Positions 43,603-57,756 are shown, numbered from the stretch's first letter. The stretch: 64,000 nucleotides of DNA from Eledone cirrhosa (GCA_964016885.1 OZ024748.1:47802001-47866000); one strand, 5' to 3'. A program made the numbers and translations. The notes: a model not told the origin generated them from the letters alone.

Positions 43603-43735
43603 TACATATATATATATACACATATATATACATATATATATATATACACATATATATATACACACACACAAATATATATATACACATATATATACATATA
43701 TATATATATACACATATATATATACACACACACAA

Positions 43736-43770
<35 letters not shown>

Positions 43771-43939
43771 TATATATACATATGTATATACAGATATATA
43801 TATATATATACATATATATATACACATATATATTTACATATATATATATATATATATATATACACGCACATATATATACACACACATATATATACACACA
43901 GATATATATATATATATACACGCACATATATATACACAC

Positions 43940-44012
<73 letters not shown>

Positions 44013-44013
44013 C

Positions 44014-44064
<51 letters not shown>

Positions 44065-44093
44065 CATATTTATATTATACACACATGCATAAA

Positions 44094-44127
<34 letters not shown>

Positions 44128-44404
44128 TACATATTCTTGTGTGTGTGATCTAGTTTTATCTTGTTCATGGATATTTTTTTCTTTCAGATGAGTCCCTTGG
44201 AGTTTATTTAGTACAATAAAGTTTTAAAAGAAGTATGAACATATCTCAGCCTTCACTCTCCAATCTTTAAGATGTGAAATTATGTTAGCTTCTCTACTGC
44301 CTATTTTATAATAGGCAAATTTGATTTGTGTAGATTTTACTGCCAGAATTCCTATTGCATTTATAGCCAGAATTTGAAATTTGGGATTTGACTGTGAGAT
44401 TTAT

Positions 44405-44620
44405 TCAATATAAGTCATATACTTGATTTATGTATATGAATTCTATGTTGTCTGTGTTTAGTTTATCATTGTGTTGTGTTGAGAGCAATGCACCTATAAT
44501 TAATTGTCTGTTCTCGTGTGGGATTCTGTTTAATATAGATGTATTGTCCACTAATATTTTCCTATCTATCATTGTTTTATAATGTGTGTTGTTTATTTTG
44601 TTCAATATGATATTTAAAAC
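44405..44620 (-). pseudogene. Decayed PLE GIY-YIG endonuclease C-terminus
   Basis: RKILVDNTSILNRIPHENRQLIIGALLSTQHNDKLNT resembles the PLE NTxIL..RxIxEAL..LN ending, with G at the conserved E position. Confidence 0.45.
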
Positions 44621-45202
44621 ATGGGGAAATTTGTAAACTTCATGATGCCACCATTGGCCATACATGTATAGCAAGGGCTAATTGCAGCACACTACTGCAT
44701 AAGGTGAGTGTGTTTGTATGTGCATATATATATATATATATGTGGGTCACCTGAAAGATTCTTAGGTTGAAAAAGATACTCTCATGGAATGGCCAAATGT
44801 GGTTAATTTTTAAACATATCCCATGGAAAGAAACAATGCATTTACTAATAAGAAGAGTCGAAATTAATGTATGCAAGATTTCATAGTACTAGCATCACAC
44901 CTTCATAGTCAACCTTTGAATTTTCAGTCCCATCTGATGTATGTATACATATATACATATATATACAGTCCACACTGTAAACGTGGTTGGTGTTAGGAAG
45001 GTTAGAAAACTCGCCAGACAGTCCTATACGAGCAAGACAACAAATCTTGCCTCAAAAGGGAAAATTCCCGTCCAAACTCATGCAAGCGTGGAAGATGGAC
45101 GTTAAACGATGATGATGATATATATATTATCTCCATCTGCCTCCTCATTTGTATATCAGTGTTTCCACACTTGCATGGATATATATATATATATATATAT
45201 AT

Positions 45203-45400
45203 ATAGGAAAATGTTTAACCCCGACGACAGAGCTCAAGTCGTTTCGACGGCTATTTCTGGACACAGAAATAGCCATCTAAACGCCTTGAGCTATGCCGTC
45301 GGGGTTAAACATTTTCCTATTACCCACTCTACTACTCTAAGTATTGAGTACTCTGGTGCGTTATGGTCCATCTGGTTCCTTACCACATCTCCTTCGTTAT
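45203..45400 (+). mobile_element. Family A PLE-like element, foldback ~45203-45320
   Basis: Centre TTCTG-GACA-CAGAA; (TA)n flanks. Confidence 0.8.
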
Positions 45401-45639
45401 ATATATATATATATATATATATATAGGAGCGTGACAAGTGGAGAGATGCCGTGCTGAGAAGAACCCATCCAGCCCATGCAACCATAGAAAAATGGACGTA
45501 AAGACAATGATGAGGATAGATATCATTATCATCGTTTTTATGCCCACTCTTTCATACTAGCATGGGTTAGACAGGATGATTTGAGACAAAGTTTTACAGC
45601 CCTTCCTGAGCTGGTTTAGTCGGGTCTTCCACCACCAAG

Positions 45640-45930
45640 AGATAGTGTCTACAGTCTGCCATAAGCTTTGAGTTTCATCAGGCTTGTGTTTATCCTGGTG
45701 TCCATGGCATTAAGCAACTAAGAGTACAACACTTCTTCTGGAAAAGACCTCAGTCCATCACAGGGTAAACTCTCCAGCTATTGCTGGTACTTATTTTCAG
45801 CTGAGTATACTGGAGCAATGTAAATGAAGTGTTTCACTCAAGAACACAATACAAAACCCAGACCAGGAATTGAAACCCTGATATTATGATCACAAGTCCA
45901 ATACATTTACCAGTAGGCCATGAAACTTCA
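45640..45930 (-). mobile_element. Older CORE-type SINE (further subfamily)
   Basis: GCTGGTACTTATTTTCAGCTGAGTATACTGGAGCAATG; similar copy at 58070-58290. Confidence 0.6.
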
Positions 45931-46449
45931 CAGAGATACACTGTACCTATTTTAAAAACCAGGCTACACATAGCCACATATATGTCTGTGTATGTATATA
46001 TATGAATGTGCATATGTATATGTATATATTTGTGAATGTATGAGATATGTATATTAAAGTGTATAAGAATATTAGTGTGAATATATGTATGACTATATTC
46101 TAGTATATATGTATATATGTATGTGCATATGTGTGTGTTTTTAATTAAATGACATTGATAGTTTCTTTACAAAAATATTTGCATTCTTTATTTTAAATAA
46201 AATCTAATCTTAAAAATATTTCTTTAAAAAACACTTAAAACTAAACCATTCAGAAAAACACAGAATTCTATTTTAATTTTATTCCAATTTTATTAAAGTT
46301 TAATTTTTATTTTGTTTGTTTTTCTCTCTCGTCATTACTGCCCCCTCTCCCCTCTTATTAACCATACCTCCCACCTTTTTACTGTTCTCAACATTTTGTG
46401 CTCTTTTGACACCCCCCCCCCCAAAAAAAAATTCTATTATTATTAGTAT

Positions 46450-48372
46450 TACTGTTCAAATCCCGCTTGAGGTTATCTTTGGCTTTCATCTTTACGGGGT
46501 CGATAAAATAAAGTACCAGTAATACACTGGGCTCGATGTATTCCATTTTATCCTCCCCTTCAAATTGTTGGCCTTGCTACTATAGCAGAAATAATAATAA
46601 TTGTTTCTACATTTGGCACAAGGCCAGCAATTATCCAGTGTATTACTGGTACTTTATTTTATCGACCCCGTAAGGATGAAAGGCAAAGTTAACCTCGGCG
46701 GGATTTGAACTCAGATCCTAAAGGGACGTAACTATGCTGAAAAAGCATGGCGTCCGACCCTCTACCGACACTGCCAATCCACCACCCTATTATTAATTTA
46801 ATGGCCGGTGAATTAGCTGTATTGGTAGAGCATCAAATGCCATACTGTGCAGCATAGGGTTACGACCCTTTATGTTCTGTGTTCAAATCCTGCTGAGGTT
46901 AGCTTTGCCTTTCATCCTTATGATAAAATAAAGTACCAGTAACGTACTGGGGCTGATTTAATCAACTTTCTCCTCCCCTAAAGTTACTCGCCTTGTGCCT
47001 ATAGTTGAAGTCATTATTATATGGTGGACCCAAAGGGCGGTGGATTGGCAGTATCAGTAGAGGGTCGGACGCCATGCGTTGCAGCATAGAGTTACGGCCC
47101 TTTATGATCTGAGCTCAAATCCCGCCGAGGTTAACTTTGCCTTTCATCCTTACGGGGTCGATAAAATAAAGTACCAGTAATGCACTGGGTAATTGCTGGC
47201 CTTGTGCTTAACGTAGAAACAATTATTATTGGTGGACCAGGTTAAAAGGACTGAAGACAGACACTTTTCTCTTCGGCCAATCCCTCATCAACTTCTTCAA
47301 GTTTCACCTGGAAAGGAAGGTGAGGGTGGAGAGAGAAGTGCTTCCCCCCCCCCCAATACATTTGCGAAAAGGTGGGTGAATGTGGCGAGAATGGCTCGTG
47401 TGAATGGGCCTACTCTGACCATGCGCCTATAGGCTAGCTAACTTGAGGAGAGGGGTGCTCTCCCTGGGTGCCCTAGAAGCGCAGGGTGGTTTAGGATTGG
47501 TGGGGTACTCGAGTCACCCCAGGGTCGTCCACCCCCTATCGGGGAATTTATTTTGTTATATTTTTGCATAGTTTATTTTATATTTTTATATTTTCATTGT
47601 TAAATTAATCTTGCCATTGTGCACTTTTACTCGACCTTATTGTAAACCCCACTGTCCCTATCTTTGTATTGTCCCCTACATGTCGGCCCTTGTGGCTAAT
47701 AAATGAAATCATTATTATTATTATTATTATTGTTAGTATTAGTAGAGGGTCGGACACCATGCTTTGACGCATAGAGTTATGGCCCTTGCCATTCTGAGTT
47801 CAAATCCAGCCGAGGTTAACATTGCCTTTCATCCTTACGGGGTCGATAAAATAAAGTACCAGTAACATACTGGGATCGATTTAATTGACTTTCGCCTCCC
47901 ACCAAATTACTGGCCTTGTGCCTAAACTAGAAATTATTATTATTATTATTCTGTTAAAGGCCCGTGGATTGGCAGAATTGGTAGAGCTTTGGACAACATG
48001 CTTTGCAGCATAGAGCTACGGCCCTTTACATTATGTGTTCAAATCCTGCCAAGGTTAACTTTGCGTATGGGGGTCGATAAAATAAAGTACCAGTAATGCA
48101 CTGGGGTTGATCTAATCAACTTTCCCCTTCCCCAAAATTGTTGGTCTCGTGCCTAAATCGGAAACGATTATTATTATTAGGACAGTGGATTGGCAGTATC
48201 GGTAGAAGGTCGGACGCCATGCTTTGCAGCAAAGAGTTACGGCCCTTTGCGGTCTGAGTTCAAATCCCGCTGAGGTTAACTTTGCCTTTCATCCTTACGG
48301 GGGTCGATAAAATAAAGTACCAGTAATACACTGGGGTAATTGCTGGCCTTGTGCCAAAAGTAGAAACAATTA
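46450..48372. mobile_element. Cluster of seven family M SINEs and one Tx1-like fragment (47230-47708)
   Basis: Copies at about 46450, 46598(-), 46800, 47035, 47740, 47957 and 48178, separated by short (ATT)n runs. Confidence 0.8.
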
Positions 48373-48634
48373 TTATTATTAGGACTACGAGCGAGACATG
48401 GTCACCCGATCAATCTTGCTTCAAGTGGGACAATTCCCGTCTAAGCCATGCTAGCGTGGAAGACAGACGTTAAACGATGATGATGATGATGATGATGATG
48501 ATGATAACTATTACTTTATTACTATTTATATTATTTTCATCATTTTTGTTATTGTTATTGCTTCATTATTGTTATTGCTTCATTATTGGTGCTTTATTAT
48601 TATTATTATTAAAATTATTATTATTATTATTTTT

Positions 48635-48666
<32 letters not shown>

Positions 48667-48863
48667 CTTCTGCTGATTTCACTGTTTCCTCAGACGTCAA
48701 AGCAAGCTGGAATCTTAAATGATAAATTGTCCTATATTTTTATTATTTTCTTTTTTTTCTCTGTATTCATTGTTGACACAGTTTAAGAATCAAATTAAAT
48801 TTACATCACATAAAATTTCTCAATATAAAATCTATAGTCTACTAAGTATATATATGTAGATTT

Positions 48864-48930
<67 letters not shown>

Positions 48931-49542
48931 TGTACATATATACATATGTATAGTTGTACATATATATATATATATATATAGATGTACATATATACATATG
49001 TATAGATGTACATATATACATATATATAGATGTGCATATATACATATATGTACATATATACATGTACACACACTCAAACATATATACATATATACATATA
49101 TATATATATATATGAGTATATCAATGTAAGCATGGTTGTGTAGTGAAGATGTTTGGTTTTGTAATCATGTGCTTTTAGCCTCTATCGCATTGTATTATAC
49201 TTGGGGCAAGTTTTTTCTACTACAATCTCAAGTTGATCAATGATGTATGAGTTAAATTTGGTTAATGGAAAATGTAAGAATACCTAAAAAAAATATCGTT
49301 TCATTTAACGTCTATCTTCCACGCTAGCATGGGTTGAGATATATATATATTTATTAAAATAACAGATTAAAGTTTAAGCAAAAAATCGTTGCTTTCACCC
49401 TTAACGGGATCTTCTGAAAAATAATAAATATTTGCTCTATGGTTTTAAATATTTTTATATATATATTTTATCCTTATTGAGCCCTCTTCAGATTTTAGTC
49501 TTCACATTTATTATTATTACTATATATATATATATAGTATTA

Positions 49543-49580
49543 CGAGCTGAGGATCCGCTAACGTGAAACAATTGTTCTCG
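49543..49580 (+). ncRNA. Minimal type I hammerhead (stem II decayed)
   Basis: CGAG-CTGAGGA-TCCGCTAACGT-GAAA-CAATTG-TT^CTCG; related minus-strand remnant at ~49385-49418. Confidence 0.6.
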
Positions 49581-49699
49581 GTATGGTGAACTAACTGTTA
49601 TGTAACCACTTCTACCTAACTCGTCCCATGGACTGAGTACTCTACCACTCCATATTACCTTCCAGTGTTCTACCTCTCTCTATATATATATATTATATA

Positions 49700-49856
49700 T
49701 ATAAAGATTCAGTACACTGATGGTTGAGCTCCGGCCCGTTTCGACAGCTAGAACCGAATTAAATCTCCAGTATTCATATTACCCACTCTACTACCCCAAG
49801 TAGCGAGTACTCTGGTGGGTTATGGTTCACCTGGTATTTTACCACACCCTTTCAGA
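49700..49856 (+). mobile_element. Diverged family A PLE-like element
   Basis: TTACCCACTCTACTACCCCAAGTAGCGAGTACTCTGG tail preceded by an inverted ribozyme half. Confidence 0.6.
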
Positions 49857-49889
49857 TATATATATCATATATATATCATATATTTATAT

Positions 49890-50280
49890 ATTCTCGGTCC
49901 GGGTGATGTGTTGTTTCCTTGAGCAAGACACTTTATTTCACGTTGCTCCAGTTTACTCAGCTGTAGAAATGAGATGATAGGACTGGGGTCCCTATCATTC
50001 CACTGTAAAGTGGTCGTGTAGGCGCCATGGAAAAAAGCACCCAGCCCACACTGTAAAGTGGATGTGTAGGCGCCATGGAAAAAAAGCACCCAGCACTCAC
50101 TGTAAATGAGGTTGGTGTTAGGAAGGGCATCCAGCTTATAGAAATCAAGCCAGAATCAGTTCCCGTATGAGCAAGACAAGGTCAGCCGACTGGACACTGC
50201 CCACAACAGGACAACACGTCTAACCCATGCTAGCGTGGAAGAACGGACGTAAAACAGTGATGATGATGATGATGATGATA
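49890..50280 (+). mobile_element. CORE-type SINE, 5'-truncated, with an internal ~50-bp duplication
   Basis: CACTGTAAAGTGG..GCACCCAGC repeated; same layout at 57757-58065. Confidence 0.75.
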
Positions 50281-50431
50281 ATGTAGTAAAAGTTTTGTAG
50301 AAATATCCAAGGGTAAGAGCAAAGGGTTCATAGGACAAGTTTAGTATAAATAATTACAACAGTGACATAAACAGGTATTTAAGTGTCGTTGGGTTCTGGA
50401 CCCCAACTCATTCAGACTGTCATAAGACAAA

Positions 50432-50615
50432 TAATTGTTTCTGCTTTTAGGACAAGGCCAGCAATTACCCAGTACATTACTGGTTCTTTATTTTATCGAC
50501 CCCATAAGGATGAAAGGCAAAGTTAACCTCGGCGGGATTTGAACTCAGAATGGCAAGGGCCGTAACTCTATGCGTCAAAGCATGGCGTCCAACCCTCTAC
50601 CGATACTGCAAATCC
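50432..50615 (-). mobile_element. Family M SINE with TSD
   Basis: TCATAAGA(C/T)AAATAAT on both sides. Confidence 0.8.
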
Positions 50616-50762
50616 TCATAAGATAAATAATAAGACAGAACCTTGACATAAAAGTTTCTATGTTTGTTGGGATGGCATGGCAGTGTTGTGTTTGTGTCTA
50701 AAGATGTTTTAAAAGATGACATTTTGTAGAATGATCGGCTGTGTCCTTACACACCACCCCAC

Positions 50763-51112
50763 CGCCCCATGATATGTTTGGTATCATTGCCCACTCCTTC
50801 CATCTCCACCCACGCCCCATGATATGTTTGGTATCATTACCCACTCCTTCCATCTCCACCCACGCCCCATGATATGTTTGGTATCATTGCCCACTCCTTC
50901 CATCTCCACCCACGCCCCATGATATGTTTGGTATCATTACCCACTCCTTCCATCTCCACCCACGCCCCATGATATGTTTGGTATCATTGCCCACTCCTTC
51001 CATCTCCACCCACGCCCCATGATATGTTTGGTATCATTGCCCACTCCTTCCATCTCCACCCACGCCCCATGATATGTTTGATATCATTACCCACTCCTTC
51101 CATCTCCACCCA
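50763..51112. repeat. 50-bp minisatellite, 7 copies
   Basis: CGCCCCATGATATGTTTGGTATCATT(G/A)CCCACTCCTTCCATCTCCACCCA. Confidence 0.97.
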
Positions 51113-51124
51113 TGTAACATATTT

Positions 51125-51830
51125 ATACACACACAAAGACACAAACATAGACACACACACACAGGCACACACACACAGGCACACACACACACAGACACAT
51201 AGGCAAACATATATACATACACACAGGCGCCCAATCAGACACAGACACACACACTCCGATACAGAGATATATATAGACACACACACAGCTACACACATAT
51301 GCACACTCATACACACACACACACTCCGATACACACACACACACACACACAGTCACAGACAGACACACCCAGATACACAGACATACATACAGTCACACAC
51401 AGATGCACACTCATACACAGACACACACACAGGCACACACACACACAGTCCGATACACACACACACACAGTCACACAGACAGACACACCCAGATACACAG
51501 ACATACATACAGACACACACAGATGCACACTTATACACACACACTGACACAGTCACACACACACACACTCCGATACACAGTCACACACACACAGTCACAG
51601 ACAGACACACCCAGATACACATACATACATACATACATACAGACACACACAGATGCACACCTATACACACACACACACTGACACAGACACACACACACAC
51701 ACACTGACACAGTCACATACACACACAGTCACAGACAGACACACCCAGATACACAGACATACATACAGACACACACAGATGCACACCTATACACACACAC
51801 ACTGACACAGACACACAGGCCCACACACAC
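51125..51830. repeat. CA-rich array with ~120-130-bp higher-order units
   Basis: ACAGACAGACACACCCAGATACAC recurs four times. Confidence 0.8.
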
Positions 51831-51986
51831 AAATATAGTTTATATAAAAGTACTTTATTGTGATGACATCTCAACCTTTTTGGTCAGTTATTGGACATTA
51901 ATCACTCTGATGTGTCTATATATGGGTGTGTGTGTGCGTGTGTGTGTGTATCTGTGTGTGCGTGTGTGTGTGTGTGTGTGTGTATC

Positions 51987-52067
<81 letters not shown>

Positions 52068-52166
52068 CCACCAGACAGTCCTATGCGAGCAAGAAAACCA
52101 CTCTTGCCTCAAGTGGGAAAACCCCCGTCCAAACCCATGCAAGCGTGGAACACGGACGCTAAACCT

Positions 52167-52197
<31 letters not shown>

Positions 52198-52214
52198 ATA
52201 TATATATATATGTG

Positions 52215-52305
<91 letters not shown>

Positions 52306-52350
52306 TTGTGGGTGTATGCATTAATTTATCACCATTGTATGTCTGTTTAA

Positions 52351-52410
<60 letters not shown>

Positions 52411-52628
52411 AATTCATAGGGATGTATGTATATATTTAGACATAGTCACAGATACATATATAAGTATGGCTACCTATCACGGAAAATAGTCTATATCATT
52501 TGTCTATTATTTCTTCATAGTTACATTTTAAACTTATAGCCTCGTTTAAATGACTATTTATGTGGTTGATTTCTACGGACTAGAGGAGAACACTGTGTAT
52601 ATTTTATCTAATAATTCTTCAAACTTAC

Positions 52629-52702
<74 letters not shown>

Positions 52703-52741
52703 GATATTAACAAATGGAAACTATATTTATAAAACCATGTT

Positions 52742-52806
52742 TATTTCATTATACATATTTCAAGGAGACCAAGTTAAATTATGGTGTGCTTTCATCAGAT
52801 AAAATA
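52742..52806 (-). ncRNA. Hammerhead ribozyme candidate (family C), with a terminal hairpin at ~52849-52909
   Basis: TATTTTAT-CTGATGA-AAG..CTT-GAAA-TATGTA-TA^ATGAAATA; hairpin AAGAATGCAACCATTACTGTTGGAAGCTC-CCA-reverse complement. Confidence 0.65.
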
Positions 52807-53064
52807 TAATATAGAGCAGTTTTATAAATAAATATTGACATAGCCTTAAAGAATGCAACCATTACTGTTGGAAGCTCCCAGAGCTTCCAACAGTAATGGT
52901 TGCATTCTTATATTAGTGTGTGTGTATATCTGTGTTTATGTGTAAAGAGGTCACCCAATGTGTGTGTGTGTGTATGTGATTATATATATATATGTATGTA
53001 TATACATATATATATATATATATACGATATTAACAAATGGAAACTATATTTATAAAACCATATC

Positions 53065-53275
53065 TTTACAGTGTGGGCTGCATGCTTTTTTGCCGTGGCA
53101 CCTCCACGACCACTTTGCAGTGAAATGATAGGGACCCCAGTCCCTATCATCTCATTTCTACAGCTGAGTAAAACTGGATCAATGTGAAATAAAATGTCTT
53201 GCTCAAGGAAACAACACATCACCTGGTCTGATAATTGCAAGCCCAATGCTCTAACCATAAACCATGTGCCTCCAT
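53065..53275 (-). mobile_element. CORE-type SINE, internally deleted
   Basis: Match to consensus. Confidence 0.7.
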
Positions 53276-54254
53276 TTCACTATATATACATATATATATA
53301 TATATACGTGTGTGTGTATGTATCTCTTTATACGTGAATGTATATTTGTGTGTGTATATCTGTGCCTAAGTGTACAGAGGTCACCCAATGTGTCTCACCA
53401 ACCAAGTAACCAGACATACCCCCACCTCAAAGACAACTCCAAATAAACCAAAAGTTCGGTAGCACCAAGCCATTGGTAAATATATATCTTATCTTTTGAT
53501 ATCAAAGAAGAATTTCTACAATAACTTCACTTTTTTTCTCTCTCTACATCTTCCCATCATGCTTAGTTACAAATTTCCATCATGCTTAATTCTAGACATA
53601 ATCATGTCCGACTTTTAAAAGTACAGTTCCTTCCATTATTGTTGTTGTTGTTGTTGGTAATTTTTGTCTTTTTGTTACTTTTGTTTGTTTGTTTGTAGAA
53701 CTCTCTAGATAGAGTTCCCTGCACCATTTTCTTAGAACAAAGATTTTGTTGCTTTAAACTGATTCTAAATTCTACATAGGAACATTTTCCCAAATACACA
53801 CACACACACACAAATATACAGCTACACATATATACACATGTACACACACACACATCTACACACAAATACATCCACATACACAGACATTGCTATATATATA
53901 TACACCCAAAGCTACACAAATATATACACACACACAAACACACACACATAGAGCTACAAAAATATACACACACACAGCTAACAAAGTATAGATACAGACA
54001 CAGCTAGAGAAATATACACACTCACACAACTACATGATATATAGACACACAAAGCTACACAAATATACATACACACGCTAAAAAATATACGGATACACAC
54101 ACATACAGCTACAGAAATACATATATATACACATGGATACAAAAATATATATACACACACACACAGCTACAGAAATATATATATATATACACACAGCTCT
54201 ACAATCACACACACACAGTTATAGAAATATACACACACAGACACCCACACACAC

Positions 54255-54290
<36 letters not shown>

Positions 54291-54292
<2 letters not shown>

Positions 54293-54420
54293 CTGATGAT
54301 TTCTAATGAATGAAACAGTTCTAGTCCTGTAGAATCTCATCTATATTAAAACTGTTATACTCTTATGTGTATTGAGTACCTTACTTACTGTGGTTACCTC
54401 CGATTCAACCCGGAATAACG
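54291..54420 (+). mobile_element. PLE-like fragment: hammerhead core lacking 5' stem I, ATTAAA, tail hairpin
   Basis: CTGATGA-TTTCTAATGAAT-GAAAC..GTC; ACTCTTATGTGTATTGAGTACC; (TA)n flanks. Confidence 0.5.
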
Positions 54421-54445
54421 TATATATATATATATATATATATAT

Positions 54446-54553
54446 ATAGGAGTAAGTAAGATCCCTACTCCTATTACCCACTCTACTACCCTAAGTATTG
54501 AGTACTTTGGTGCGTTATGGTCCACCTGGTTCCTTACCACTTTTCCTTCGCTA
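54446..54553 (+). mobile_element. Shortest family A copy (9-bp foldback plus tail)
   Basis: ATAGGAGTA..TACTCCTAT-TACCCACTC. Confidence 0.7.
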
Positions 54554-54570
54554 TATATATATATATATAT

Positions 54571-54602
<32 letters not shown>

Positions 54603-54604
54603 AT

Positions 54605-55089
54605 ATACACGGGTGTGTATGATTGTGTATAGAAAATTATATTAATAAGAGGAATTCCAACTTTGTCTGATTTACTCGTTTTATTTACAATCCTTTAAAA
54701 ATTTTTTTAATTTATAATGGTATTATAATGAAATAGTTGTTTCTACTTTAGGCACAAGGCCAGCAATTACCCAGTGTATTACTGGTACTTTATTTTATCG
54801 ACCCCGTAAGGAGGATGAAAGGCAAAGTCAACCTTTATAATGAAATAGTATGATAGAATATTAAATATTAAGTGTTAAGTGAACAAGTAATTGAACAAGC
54901 AATTTGAAAATTGCAAACTTGACTGTCACCACACAATATGAACCTGAAGATTGCGAAAGCATGAAAGTACTTGTTCAATTAACACTTAACATTTAATATT
55001 CTATCAGACTATTTCATTATAATACCATTATAAATTTTAAAGGATTGTAAATAAAGCGAGTAAATCAGAGAAAGTTGGAATTCCTCTTA

Positions 55090-55095
<6 letters not shown>
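54605..55095. mobile_element. PLE-like inverted-arm element with a truncated family M SINE (54738-54834) in the left arm
   Basis: Arms ~54641-54890 / 54968-55095; SINE TSD TTATAATGAAATAGT. Confidence 0.75.
54939..54977 (+). ncRNA. Minimal type I hammerhead ribozyme
   Basis: TGAAC-CTGAAGA-TTGC GAAA GCAT-GAAA-GTAC-TT^GTTCA; palindromic GUAC loop 3. Confidence 0.75.
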
Positions 55096-55160
<65 letters not shown>

Positions 55161-55277
55161 TATTCAAAATATTAATAAATGGTTCAATTACAGTATTGGT
55201 AGTACCAATTCCAGTACTACCAATACTGGAATTGAACCATCAAGACAGTTGAGGTATGTCATACATCAATTCATATA

Positions 55278-55339
55278 TTTTATCTGATGAGGACGTACTG
55301 AAAAAACAGCACACTACCTCCGAAATATATATAATAAAA
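55278..55339 (+). ncRNA. Hammerhead ribozyme (family C) in element ~55158-55480
   Basis: TTTTAT-CTGATGA-GGA..TCC-GAAA-TATATA-TA^ATAAAA; upstream hairpin CAGTATTGGTAGTAC/GTACTACCAATACTG and short inverted arm; tail ACTCC..GAGTGCT. Confidence 0.7.
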
Positions 55340-55510
55340 CATATATTGATTATGTGTATGTATCCATTTATTAATATTTTAAATAATATTACTAACTCCA
55401 GAAAACTTCATTGTAGAGTGCTTTTAATCTATTGTAAAACTATATTCATTGAGTAATCAATGAACCTTAACATTTGGTTATATATATATATATACATACA
55501 CACACAGCTA

Positions 55511-55555
<45 letters not shown>

Positions 55556-55557
<2 letters not shown>

Positions 55558-55971
55558 TGGCTGCCAACTCGTTTTTCGAGTACGGCCACTACTTTATATA
55601 TCCATGTAGGAGAACCCCTTCCGATGCGCTGAACGAGTGTGACTTTTTAGTCCAGCCAGCGACTTGAAAACTCTGGTACAAACACTACACTTGTGACAAT
55701 TATTGACACATAGTGCTGGGCCCACGGTACCATGTGACGACAAGTGAAGAGAGATCTCCAGATATAAAGCAATGCCTGTGCCATGAAGCTTTTATAGTGA
55801 GCAAAGGCACTGCACAAAGCCAGTCCCACTCTCTTAACCAAGATGATATTTTCCAAAAAGAAGAACAAGTCAACATCATTGGATACCATCAAGGTTGCAG
55901 GTGTTATATCAGAGTTTTCCTTCTCTTAGAATTCTGCTTTGACAAAGGCTAAGGGGTCATCTCTCCCGGAT
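55556..55971 (-). mobile_element. Truncated copy of the ~610-bp repeat
   Basis: Matches 20227-20640. Confidence 0.75.
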
Positions 55972-56609
55972 GTGTATGTATATATATATATATATATACA
56001 TATATACATACACACACAGGTACTGATATATATATACATACACACACGCAGCTATAGAAATACACACACACAGAGAGATACACATATATACATACAGACA
56101 CACACATATATATATATATATTGACACACTTAGAAGCACCCACATGCACACACGCACACACACATACACATATATACTGACACACATACAAGCACCCCCC
56201 ACACACACATACATGATAACACATATACGAGCACACCCCAACACACATATATTGACCCACATACAAGCATCCATACACCCCCACACACACATATATACTG
56301 ACACACATACAGGCCCCCCCCACACACACACATATATACTGACACACACACAAACACCCCCCTCACACACACACACACATATACACTGACACACATACAA
56401 GCACCCACCCACCCACACACACACACATATATACTGACACACACACAAGCACCCACACACACACCCCAGAAACATTGAACTATTGATGTATATTTGGAAG
56501 ATTTTAACAGATTTCAGATAAAAGACATTTCTATATATATATAAAGATTAGCTTAGTCCCACATGGTTCTGGTGGTTTTCTTACCATATTTTGGTAAGGT
56601 TCTTTATCA

Positions 56610-57390
56610 GCATCACTGCCACCACCTCCACCTCCTCTTTCTTCTTCTTCGCCTTCTTCTTCATCTTTGTTTTCTTCTTCTTCTTCTTCGTTTTCTTCTT
56701 CGTCTTCTTCTTCTCCAGTATCAACACTGTCGCCATCACCACCATCACCTAAACCACCACCATCACCACCATCACCACCATCACCTAAACCCCCACCAAC
56801 ACCACCATTACCACCACCACCTCTACCAACACCACCATTACCACCACCACCACTACCAACACCACCATTACCACCACCACCTCTACCAACACCACCATTA
56901 CCACCACCACTTCTACCAACACCACCATTACCACCACCACCACTACCAACACCACCATTACCACCACCACCTTTACCACCATCACCTTTACCACCACCAC
57001 CACTACCAACACCACCATTACCACCACCACCTTTACCACCATCACCTTTACCACCACCACCTCTACCAACACCACCTTTACCACCACCATCACCAACACC
57101 ACCAACACCACCAACAACAACAACACCTCCATCAACAACACCACCTTTACCACCATCACCTTTACCACCTCTACCAACACTACTTTCACCACCACCATCA
57201 CCAACACCACCAACACCACCATCACCGACACCACCTTTACCACCACCACCACCACCACCACCACCACCACCACCAACACCACCTTTACCCCCATCACCGA
57301 CACCACCACCACCACCACCACCACCACCATCACCACCACCACCACCACCATCACCACCACCACCACCACCATCACCACCACCATCATTAC
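56610..57390. repeat. (TTC)n then CCA-rich 30-bp-unit repeat
   Basis: CCAACACCACCATTACCACCACCACCTCTA units. Confidence 0.9.
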
Positions 57391-57574
57391 TATCTTTATT
57401 TTTATTCATTGCTGCTGCTGTCATTGTAAAATCACAGAATAGACAAATAAGTAGGATGATGAACCAAAGACCTTGTTGTACTTTAGCTATACCCTCTCTA
57501 TCTCTCTCTCTCTCTCTATCTCTCCCTCTCTCTCTATCTCTCTCTCTATCTCTCCCTCTCTCTCTCTCCCTCTA

Positions 57575-57640
<66 letters not shown>

Positions 57641-57756
57641 CCGCTCTCTCTCTATCTCTCCCTCTCTCCATTCTGAGTTCAAACCTTGCTGGCTTCAACT
57701 CTAGTTAGTCATAGACCTATCAGAGTGTCTGAGTATATATATGGATTTATAAGGTT

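Noticed and set aside
50763-51112. CRISPR-like or coding repeat
   Set aside because: No unique spacers; 50-bp period is not frame-preserving.
56531-57704. Gly-rich, His-rich or formin-like Pro-rich ORFs
   Set aside because: Trinucleotide-based repeat open on both strands; no flanking domain, signal peptide or splice support.
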